Assembly (NCBI GenBank): GCA_000934665.2
Contig: JYFJ02002274.1
Location: 1 to 60,024 of the forward strand
DNA from: Catajapyx aquilonaris
Lineage: Eukaryota
Length of the DNA stretch: 60,024 bases
Reading direction: 5' to 3'
Every line of letters starts with the position of its first letter. Positions within the stretch are counted from its first letter, which is position 1. A model generated the notes under the pieces. That model searched no databases and was not told the DNA's origin. It was given only the letters and a program-made list of their open reading frames with translations. Made by a program: the position numbers and the translations under genes. Positions 29,669 to 41,600 of this stretch are shown piece after piece.

Positions 29669-32600
29669 GTAAGTGGGTTTGTCTCTTCAACGAATTTCTA
29701 AGTATTTCCAAGATTATCATTGTCATTGATTAGAGCCTGATTTCTTAAAACTGAGCGCTAATTAATAGCAACAAGTATTACTGTACAATGGACACCATGA
29801 AGTACTTGTATAGTTGTGCTGGCTGATACACGACAGATCATTGACCTCTTCGTGAAAGGCCACATCATATCTGAAACTGACCACTGCACCTGGGTGCCAG
29901 CTAGATAGACAGAAAAAAAAACAAGACTGTTAATTAGTGTAGAAAACTAGCGGCCGATTCATTACTGGAACCTGCCGTGTAACAAGCCGGTTCGATCGCC
30001 TGAGGTGTTTGGAGAAAAACACTGGGGTTGCCAATCACACAACCGGGTTTTACGACACGAAACGGAATCTAATGGCAAGGGATGACCTGTTATGCCGTGA
30101 CCAATTCAGGCCCCCACAAAAATCACTGTTTTTGGGCAACTCTGGTATTTTGGAGGCTAGACGCAGTGTTTTTCTCGGCATTAAATTTACATTGATGCCA
30201 GGAATCGTTGTTGCTTGGAAGACATGCACGCTAACGCTATTTTGAGATGTCCGTCTACTAATAGGTACATGGGCTGTTGTCCCGAGTTTATTTCGACGCG
30301 GTGATGTTTTCTGGGGAATTGCTAGACAGTGATATCGGTAAGGGTTATTGCTTTCGGAGAAGTTGAGTTTGAACGTGACATCTTAGGGCGAAGGGCGGAA
30401 TGGTAGGTTATTACTATGAGTGTAACTTGTCAGTCGAAATTTCAAATAAGGAAAAAGCAAACAGTGTACTAAGTCGTAAGATGCCATTCATTTGTGATAT
30501 GTATTTACGACCTTTTGTCGTCTGAATATGATGTGATGTATATGCTGTACCGTATCGTACAGTGGACTCTCCATAATATTGCGCGTGGGTTAATTCTGAG
30601 AAAAATCTGGGAGTTTGCAGGGAAACTTCACGTGAAAGGTTCCACATTTCATTGGTTTCTTGAAGATTAATATCAGAGGATTGCCTTGCCTCGTCTATTC
30701 TGGGGGAAATAAGAGGGCAGATAAGGTCATTAATTTTAAAGGATCCGTTGGCAGTTTCATTAGTTTTGCAATATTTTTAGAATTCAGTGTAAAATTACCT
30801 TTAAGACGTCTTTAGTTCTAAAGTTATCAACTATAGTCATCGATGGCTTCGGTATATTGAAATATTCATCTCCGTGGGAAAACGGCAGACGATTGTCCTA
30901 TAGATGCAGTGATCCATAATAAAGGAAACGTGTGCCTGAAAGTCGTCGCAAGGTAACCTTTTGACGACGTAGGAAGTTACCGGGTGTTGCTAAGAGGTAT
31001 CATCCACATAGGGCTTTAGTAATTGGTAGCAACCCAGGCCATAAATTGCATATTGAACAATGATAAAAAGGTCGTTGTGCCCAAGATTCGGACATGTCAA
31101 CCCTATAATGCATGCAAATCGATCTATATATGTGGAGTCCTGCCAGCCTGGAGACAAATGTTGAAATTAATGAAGGGCAAGTGAGCGTTTCTAAAGATTG
31201 CATAGATCTAATTGCTGTAGAAAAGGGGTTGCGATTGCGTTAGAGGTCACGTGTCGTATATACATCTGCGGATGTTCAGCCCTTGTCATTTTTACGCAGC
31301 TGTTGCCTGGTGTCACATACAAAAAAGGGCCTTGCTTGTCATACTGTAGCGGCGTACATTTGCTAACCAGTAAACACCATTTGAAGTTGGTACCACTTTT
31401 TCGCAATGAATATTACATGCAATTTGCATAATGTTTGATGTGAGCGAGGTCATAAAAGCTTTGAGGCCAAAATTGTTTGAAAAAAAAATATCTGAAATTA
31501 AAGGGTGTCTACTATAGACTCTTTCATAGAACCGGTCCCGTTTTTTTTATCGTGCAGTTGATCGCGTCGACATAACGATCACGTCGTGTTGATCAGGAGT
31601 GTATATAAGCGACTCTCATTTACAGAGACTGTTATTGAAGGACACATTGTTATCGGGCAAGGTCAGACGGTGCTTCGTAATTCCTGGGCTGTCATTATCG
31701 AACCTAATTGAAAAGCTGTCCGATTGAATTGTCATAGGGAGACAGATGGGAATTTCATAGATTAGTTACTAAATGGCTATGGCGGCATAGAAAGAATATT
31801 TTTTGGAGAGATTATGTGAGATTTTCCGTCGATTTTGGAACAGTGTGCTCTGCATGCCATGTCCCAATTATTTTTGAAATTATGTCGCAACAGTACACGC
31901 ACATCATGCTGTACCGGCACATGTTACATACAGCACGTACTTTCTAAGAAACAATCTTGTACCATATCGGTCCAAGTTAATGTACGACACGCATCTTCGA
32001 AGTCCTACATAATTTTACCTGCCTTGGCCGCGGAGACATTTATACTAGAAAACTTTTTGAACCCAAACGATTGATATTTTGTGCCAACCCGCTGAGCATA
32101 TAAACGGGCTTGCGTGACCTGAAATAACGTGTCATCCTTGTCTCACAGCCTGTTACGAAATCAGACAATCAATGTCTTCTAATGGGCACCTTTTATTGGT
32201 TAGTGTCGCTTCTGTCCGCGCAAAAAAAAACTGGGTGTTTTTGTCTTCCGAATCGGTACCTTGTTCCCCCGATTATGTGTATATAATTCGCTCAATAGGT
32301 CATTGGCAGTGATGTGGATGTGTCATGCTGACCCGTCAGCAACCAGGTGTCCATCGTTAGCTTAAATGTCAGCATATGGACATATGGTGGAACCCTTTCT
32401 ATCTTTACCTTGGCGTTGCCTAGGTGTTAATTAACGAAAAGCAGCAGACTACCCCTTGCAGCGAAGGCCACGACCAATGATTCACGTATCTATTATTTGT
32501 TTCAATTTGCAGGCTTGGGAGTAGTGCTGTCTGTTCTAATACGCCTTATATTTAATAATTCAAAACTGCATTTTCGGTGACTACTATAGACAGCATTAAT

Positions 32601-33081
32601 TTAAGGATGCAGAAGCTTCCTATTATTACAATCCCTGATATTTGACAAGGCTATGTGCGTAAAGTCAGCTCCAAATATCTGCGCTGAGTGTTGCCCAGGT
32701 GACGGTCTCATCCCCTCCTCTATGGGTGCCCCTGTGGTATGGGTAAAGGTCGGGCGTTGGGGGACTTCGGCGCAGTTGCAGTTGAGTCGTGGCTTCGGTC
32801 GGGCCAGGGAGCTGGTGAAGTCGAATCCAGATAACCTCCATTCAACTTGGTTTGGTGACCTGGGGTTAGTTTACTTTACCTAGAAATTAATGGGTGTTGG
32901 TTGTTTTCTATGTGTGGATTTTTTCTGGGAATTGTGAGCAGGTTATGCTGGCCGCTCTATTTATGGAGGGGGACTTGGCGCCCAAAATTTATGTGGGCGG
33001 ATAATTATATAGGGGAGGGAACTATTTTTAATGATGTTTTGTGGGGAGTAGTTACGAGGAATTTCGTATTTGGCGTATACT

Positions 33082-33419
33082 CAGGGGCGTACCTAGGGGG
33101 TGGCGAAATTGGCCCCCGCCAAGGGCGCAACCCGATGGGGGGCGCCGAAGGCGCCCCCTTCCGAAGAGGCGCCCCCTTCCGAAGATTCGGTACCAGCCCC
33201 CGGGCTAGATTATTAGTTATTCCTGATAAGCACCTAACGATAATGTCTGAATCTGTTGTTAATATTATGAAAAACTTTTTTCATGAAAGCGTGTGCAATT
33301 TTTTAGATAAATGATGTGTCTATTTGCGGTAAAGAAATTTTTCTAGAGACGTGCGGAGGGGGGGGGGGCGCCGATAGAGCTTCTTGCCAAGGGCGCCAGG
33401 TAACCTAGGTACCCCTCTG
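33082..33419. mobile_element. hAT-type MITE
   Basis: Perfect 8-bp TSD CGTATACT (33074-33081, 33420-33427); TIRs CAGGGGCGTACCTAGG / CCTAGGTACCCCTCTG; internal AGGCGCCCCCTTCCGAAGA duplication. Confidence 0.92.
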
Positions 33420-35697
33420 CGTATACTGTAGTTAGTAGTTCAGAGGGCCAGTTTTGCCAACAAGTATTAGTAGAATTGCTAGAATTGTGTGCAATATCTT
33501 AAATGAAGATCTCGGGAGAAAAACGATCAAGGTCCACCTCAGGTGAGATTTTTAATAATTTCGAAGGCCCACATTGTAAATCTCACTTTCAGGGCCTTCC
33601 ATGGTGACCTATGATCATCGAAAATATCAGCATAAAAACTGCTAGGCGCGTGCATTTATACGCATGTTTTTAAATATAAAAGTAATATTCCGACCATTGT
33701 TGCTATGTGTACTGCTTGTAATCGGGTATCCATCAAGGCCGGCCGGTGGCACACTATTTCGTTGTAACTAATAACACGCTTTAGGATCAAAGTGTTTGGA
33801 ACTTCTATTTAAATAGATTAATTACTGGTAATATGAGGGAATTCTCACAAACACCCGCAATTTACGGGCGTTATTTTTCGCACTTGACCCTTGCATTTGG
33901 CGCGTAATTAACTAATAGAGCTTCCATAACGTCAATGTGCTGCTGGTGCGACCTGATTTCGAAATGTATTCATGACAATCCAGTTTAATTAGAGTAATGG
34001 GAATGACACGAATTGTGCGAAAGTTGTAATTGTGTGGCGGGTAATATAAACTTGAGCATATCGGGCTTGAATAGTGTGCGGGGGGGGGGGGGGNGGGGGG
34101 GGGTACGAGCAATGAATTTTCGTGGAACAATAGGACATTGTGGCAGCGACACACGTCCAATTAAGCAGAGTGTTGATTAATGGCTGCATCTGGCAGGATA
34201 AGCACATTCTTGGATTATATCCGAAATTCGGGTAAATATTGCTATTGACGTCACAGCTTGAGACATGAGAGATTCTTCCTGCACTCTAAGAAAAATGGCA
34301 TTTGCTTCCAAAACCTATTTGTTTCATCAAAGGCCAATTTTATTAATAACTCGTGTATTTTGTTTAAGATGAATGGTACGTTTTAAGCGTTAGTGGGTGT
34401 AAGCCTCTCTAAAAGGTCTCGATGGCGCCGGGTGTCACCCGACTATGTCCTGGAGTCGTGGCAGCGACAAATGCAAGTAGAGCAACAATGCATTATTCAC
34501 TCCTCTTTTGTATAATCAGACAAGTTGGGACCCTTGTTTGCCAGACTTGATTTCATGGTGACTGAAACATGAGGGACCGATGACCCGAAGAGGGGTCAGA
34601 CAAAAGAATTAAGAAGCTTGACTTGGATGTCCATATATAATTTTTTGAGATAGAATTTTCCTGTTGATTAAATCTGTGCAATCACATGCTGGGATAGTAC
34701 AAAGTTCGCATTCAACGGACCGTTCATCTGAGTGCATCGCTAGGATGATGTCCTTGAGTAAAGTATTGGCCTCGGGGTACTTGGTCAAGCACACGCAGTA
34801 GGGACCTCTCGCTTTTCCTTGTTCGATGTGGTGTGTATTAATTAGTTTTTTTCGTGACATACGTCAGAGCAGTTGATGTTTATACCCATCACTGAATACT
34901 GCGAATTTGTAGCATTATTAGAAAAGGGTTAGCCATTTTTAAATGCATGTTTTGCATTCACTTTTTGGGCACTTGGGGGGGGGGGGGGGNNNNNNNGGGG
35001 CGAATTGGCAAAAGTTGGAGCATATGTATTGAGAGATGACATGATGAAAGAGCCGGGCAGGAAAGGTTGCAACTTGCCCTTGATGTTCACCTCCCGGTGA
35101 TGTTGGCAAGTGTTCATTTGGATGTCACTCAGCTTATGATGCCATATTATCACCTGGGGATTGTATAGGAGTATGGAGTAAAGCCAGCAATGCTACAGTT
35201 TACAGTCATTTCAAAATGTGGGCAAAATACTTGCTGATCGCATAGTTCACTGAGAACGGATATACTGTGTAGTATGGATTGATAAGCGGAGATGGAGGAA
35301 GGAATGAGGGGGTGATAGGGTAATCAGAGTTCCGCTGCTCCCAAAAGTATCCTGCATGCACCGCTGCGTATTTCAGATGCCAGGAAGTTGAAATGTAGGG
35401 CCGCCTTGCATGAATAGCCATCTGATGAAGGGCTGGGCCCGCCACTGTTCTTTTTATTATGGGGCACAACCAGCCCTGCCCTGTATAAATTGGGAGATAT
35501 TTCTGTTTAGACATTAGAGGGTGTGTGATGTTTGAATTTGTGAATTTTTACACTGTAGAGAGTGTGGGAACAGTTACAGCATTACTGTATTTTTGTTGAT
35601 CTTTCTTGCAGATATGACTTTCTAAAGAAGTGAACCTCAGGCTTCCTCACTGCACGTACTCAGCACTACAATCCGCCCTTCCAAGGAAATATCAGAG

Positions 35698-38600
35698 ATG
35701 GCCAACTTCTCAACACTCGTGTGTGTCATTGTTGCTGTTGTTGCAGCTGCATCAGCAGAAATGGACTACTCATGTGTTCCTGGAGCGACGTCTTTAGGAA
35801 GTAAGTGTAGTGCCAATGCCTGATCTGCCCAGCCTTGAACACTGTTGTATATGAAAATAGTGTTCATGCCATGCTTAGCAGAACTAATAACACTTGGCAC
35901 ATTTTTTTGTCACAGCTACAGTTCCACGTGGTACAATTGTGCTTCCTGTGGGAAGTGACTTGGAGATATATTGCCACCTCAACCCAAACCTGGACAGGAC
36001 CAGAGGCAAGAATTCTAGCGACATGAGCTTCTATCGTAACCAGGACGAGTTGCATAGGCCGCTGGTGACCCCTGTAAATAGCACCTCCATACGTTTATTT
36101 ATTTCCAACATGTCCTACTCGCACGACTCCTACACCTGCAAGATCAAGATGGAGGACAGGACTGAAGGAATATGTAGAAATGATGTGAAAGTTGCAAGTG
36201 AGTATTTGTGTTTCCTGAAACATATTCAGCATTCACATTACCAAATGTGTTTTTTCAGAGCTGCCTGAAGAAGTTTCCCAGTTTCAATGTGTGTCGGAGA
36301 ATTGGGAAAATCTGAAGTGTAGCTGGAAGAAGCCTGAAAACACCATAAAGACCGATTACAACCTCATGTTCAGGAGAATGAGGAGCCGAGTGATGTGAGC
36401 CTAACTGAATTTTTTTGCATTTTTCATATGGAAGTTACCCTTGCAATTTAGGACAGCCACTTGCATATTGATGATTAGTTTCATTAATGCATAAGGTCAC
36501 CACTACTGTTTATTTTTAAACACATGTAAACAATTTTTTTTCTCTTTTTTCATTGAGAGCACTTGAAATAAAGTTATCTGTAGGATTCAACTTACAATAC
36601 ACTAATAATTATTAACGCACTGCCTATATGATAGATTTTTTTGCCGTAATCATGCATTTGATTTAATTACGTACAATCTCTTCAAGACAACAAGAAAATT
36701 AAGTAAAAATATTATTCATTTGCCATACAAGTTACACTTATATGTAGCGTATGGCTTCAGATTATATTCACTTTCAATGACAAGGTACAAAAATATCAAT
36801 GTCCAAACCACATACTTACAGTTAACATGCATTTAAGCATAAATAATTTTAACAGGGCCATGCAGCCATGGCAGAAATAATAGGTATAAGGTTTTTATGT
36901 ACTTGTGCTTGATTGGTTGCAATGACGTAACAGTTTTGGTTAAGGGAAGTTACTTAATTGCAAGCCCAATATATTTTGTTACAATTCTCTTCCCCTTTTA
37001 CAGACATCGGAACAGTTGCGGAAAGCCATCAGATGAAATGTGCACCTGGGACCTGAGAAGTCAACCCCAATTTCCTAAAAGTGTAGAGTACCTGCTAATG
37101 GAAATGAATGCCACCAATGACTTGTACAAAAGTGGGATAATCTGGAAGTACAACGTAGATGTTTATGCAATTGGTGAGTTTAGTTAAATAATAACATCAA
37201 ATGTGCAAGTTCATGAATAATGGATAAAGCTCTTTCGCACAAATGATTTTGTTTCTTAATTGTCAAGTGAATCTTATACAAATAGGCTCCATTTTACAAG
37301 GTTTCACACTGACAACCTCTTCAAAATTACCTTAAAATTGGAAAATTGGTAACATATTTTGAAAATAGCAGAAAATCTAAACATTGACATATTGCTGCAG
37401 CGCCTCTGGGTACAAACATACTTGGTGTCTCTTTTTAAAAATGGTACATTGAGGCAGGGTCTATACAGGTTTAACTTTTCAATTTACAACCCTGGTTTTC
37501 TTGGACCTAACCCTGCCCTAAAACAGGGCCTATCTGTATACCTTTTCAAATAAGCCTTATAATGTTGGAAAGTGCTGCAGTTAAAACTGTAGAATTGTTG
37601 TGCTATTACGTTAATTAAGGTGTAATGAAAGACCACTGTTAATTTTGCTGAAGTGAGCTGGTAGTATTTGTCAGGGGTTCAAATGAATATGTTCAAGTCA
37701 TATCAGCTATTGATCCAACTAGTAAAAGATACTGACTGGTTGACGAACCCCTCCCTCTTGGCTTTATCTTGCTGGTGTCATTACATGTACGCTACCATGT
37801 ATTCCACCTTCTGACATTATAAATCACTTGCCTAATTTTACAGTGATCCCTAAAGAGCCGGAACAGCTCACTTGTGAGTTTACATCTGGGAAGAATGTTG
37901 AGCTGAGGTGGAAGACATCATGGGAACTGGCTGACTTTCCTCCAGGCCTGATCCACTGGGTTACCTATCAGTCCCAGTGGGAGCCAAAGTGGATTGATTC
38001 CGATATGAGCAACCTGGCCAAACAGAGTGAAACCTACCATCTGCCTTTGACTTTGTCTTATGCCAATAGCAACTATACCTTCATGGTTAGGAGTCGATCA
38101 GCACGAGCAGAAGCCAATGCTTGGTCCAGACCAGCTAGCATCTCAGTGAAGACTCTGTCTACAAGTGAGTTGCACTTGCATGAAGAAGTAACAATAGTCA
38201 CAAGAGAATTAGGTCTCTGTGCAAAAAAGTCAGTGTTGGTCAGTTTGTGACATAGTGACGTAGTTTATTGAATTAAGTTATGTATGTGTTTTAAAAAATG
38301 GTAGTGTATTGGAATATGTCATGGGTTGCTACATAACTTCTCCTTTTTTCATGCAGTTCCAGGCAGTGCTCCCAGGACAGCCATGGGTAGCTTTGAGACA
38401 ACAGGCAAACTGCAGGACAGGAATGTGGTTGTGTTCTGGCAACAGATCCCACCCATGATGGAAAATGGAGATGGATTCACCTATTCTGTACAGGTGTACA
38501 GAAATGGGCTGCCAATGTGAGTTTGTTTGAAAGCGTCTGTAAGAATTATCTGTAAGAACCAGACTCACACTTGGCATATGTTTTTCAGTAATGTGAAACC

Positions 38601-41600
38601 CCAGACACTTACCAACACCTACGCCCTATTTAGTGGACTGTCATATGAGAGTTACCGATTTATCATTTCATCTGTGAATGATGTAGGGGAGTCAGAAGAA
38701 CAGTCAGAAGTGTATGTTCCCAGGAGAGATGAGAGTAAGTGTCCAGTACCACTGAGATTATTAAAATTTTGGTTTAGGTGTAAATAGATATTCTGCAATT
38801 TTGTCACATGTTCATTAGTAGTACATGTTTTCAACCAAAATGATAAATAATATTTCATTATTTTCTAGTGATAGGTATGCCACAGGCCTTCACGAAGATT
38901 GACTACTCAGGTGGTGTGTATGAACTCTCATGGAAGCCACCCAAGAAGGACAGTAATGAGGTCACCAATTATACAGTGTTCTGGTGCAGCAGTAAGACTG
39001 AGAGACCTTACCCTTGTGATGTGAGTGGAAATTGATAGTACACAAGTTTTGTTATGTGATGCACTGAACACCTTGTGTGTTTCCCTGTGCATTTTATGAT
39101 TGTTATTTATCATGCATGAAGCACACCATTCTAAACTCAAGTACCTATGTCATGTAGCCTACTACAGTAGCCTAATGGACTCATCTTTTTTAGGGTTACC
39201 TGAACTGGACAACAGTTGCTAGCGACCAGCTTGCAGTCAATGTGACTATGCCATCCAACCAGTACCAATTTGCTATTGCAGCCAATTCCAGGAGGGGCAG
39301 CAGTGGCATGATCTGGGCTACCTGTACTGTCATATACAACAGAGGTGCTGATCTATTAATATTTGAGTCTTAAATTGCTTTGAAATCGTAATGTAATTTG
39401 TAGAAATTTAACATATCATATTCTTCGTAATTTGATTCTAAAGTAATAGGAGGGAAAAGTTGCATAAACAATTACAGTACTTCCTTTGTTTCTTGAATCG
39501 AGTTGAATTTATGCTGGTTTTTTCTTGTAATTGTAGTGGTGAGCAAGGTACAGGATGTATGGATCAATGGGACAGGCAGCCGTGACATCAGCATTGGTTG
39601 GCGTTTGGACTGCTCAGATCGCATTGGGATAATTGAGGGTTATCGAATCAACTATTGCCCAATTGATGGGACATTAGCAAACTGCACTGGTGCCTGTACA
39701 GAACCTGAGATTAACCAAAGTGTGTCTGGGCCAGATGCTAATGGATATGTCCTCTCTGACCTCAAGCCATACACACGCTACCTTATCATGCTGTCTGTCA
39801 TCACCAGGGCGGGGGAGGGTAGAGCCAGTGACCCAGTGTGCAATACTACTTTGCAAGCAGGTAAGCTTCCCATTTTTCAAGAGAATAACATGAGAGTTAC
39901 CTTTCTTCCTTCTTTTCAGCACCGAGTGACTCACCTTATCATGTGACTATCACCAATGTGACTTCTGAGAGCCTTGTTGTATCATGGCTACCACCGAAAG
40001 AGATGAATGGTGTGCTGGACCACTTCATGGTCAGCTATAATGACCAAATTGTCAAAGTGCCACAAAATAGTTTTGGAAATGGGACATATTCAGTGAGTAA
40101 ATCCTTGAGTATTTCTGAGGTTGTACAGTCTCACTCATAAAGACTGGTACGACTCTGTGGACGAAATGTTTATCCTCAATGTCCAGCAGTGTTTCCGACC
40201 TTATTTCAATGCAACCCTATGGACAACCTTTTCTGGACCTATGGCGACTGGTGTAACCCATCCCGATCTTTTAATGACATTTTCAGTTACCAAAATGTTC
40301 AACCAGGTACAATACGTGTGTAGATTTGATGTGAATTTCCCCCCTACAATTTTTCTGCTTTGCCTTGTTTTCTCCTCTTTTTTACTTTCTTTTGATCCCC
40401 TTTCGCCCTAGAACACAAAAACATTGCTGGTGACCTAGGGGTTTGGAACAGGATTAACAATTCGTCCATAGAGTCGTACCATTCTTTATGAGCGGAACTG
40501 TGCATAATTTCCAGATAATTAATATATTGTTTACATTAAATAATCAGCAAATCATACCTGTGTTTCAGTATGTTACTATTTTGCTAATAAATTGTTTCGT
40601 TCTGAATTGGTAGACTGTGCTAGAGAAGCTGCTTGGCTACACCAACTATAGCATAAGAGTCAGGGCCTGCACTGTGAAGTGCTCACGTGACTCAATGCCG
40701 GTTTGGCAACGGACACGCATTGGAGGTACGTTCAGAATCCAAATTGTATTTTTTTACAATCCAAATCATTTCTAAGTCATATTCAATAAATCTGTTATAT
40801 TTCAGCCCCAGGGATAGTCAACATGCCAAAAGTGAAATTTGAGAACTCGTCAATGATTTTGGTGATGTGGGGAAGCCCCAGCTATATAGGAGCTCCACAA
40901 CTCAGTGGATATGAGATCAAATTGATAGCACGTGATGGGAAGGAAAATAAGTCCCATGTGCATTACATCTCAGGTAACAAATATGCCATTCTTAAAGATT
41001 GTATTCCTCTTGAGTGATCTTCATTTTCAGTCTGGAAAGTACAGAAATTGCCTTCTTTGTAAAAGGGACACTCCACTCAAAAAACAAGTTTGGCTCTAAA
41101 AATCGGGCAAAAAAATCCTGAATCCGAAGGTGCAATCCGGTTTTCGCTACACGGAACGGTAATACCAGGGCGAGGGGTCAAAGTGGGGAAATTCAAATAA
41201 TGCGCTAGAAGCTGTCAGTCCGCCAGCGACGCCCTCAGGACCCTGGGAACTGGAGGGCTGCTCCCGCCTGCCCGCGCGCTTAGGCCCATCTCAGAGCGGT
41301 GCAGCCCTCCAGTTCCCCTGTTCCCCGCTTGGCGGCGCCGCTCATTAGCAAACGACACCTCACCCTGGAATTACCGTTCCACGTAGTGGAAAACGAATTG
41401 CACCGTCGGATTCAGGATTTTTTGCCCGATTTTTAGAGCCAAACTTGTTTTTTGAGCGGAGTGTCCCTTTAATGATACATCAATGCAAGTCTGTTAGGTG
41501 CACTTTATGGCTTGATAAATGATGATAGTTTTATACTGTGCATTGAACTTTACGTTGCATGGTTTGATTTAAAGTCAAGTCAGATAAGTGATTTTAGAGT

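Noticed and set aside
34081..34999. Poly-G tracts containing N bases
   Set aside because: Homopolymer sequencing or assembly uncertainty, not a definable feature.
7500..35500. Numerous 60-137 aa ORFs in the intergenic/UTR-intron region
   Set aside because: No recognisable domains, many start at TTG/GTG, several lie in MITEs, and no consistent exon chain was found.
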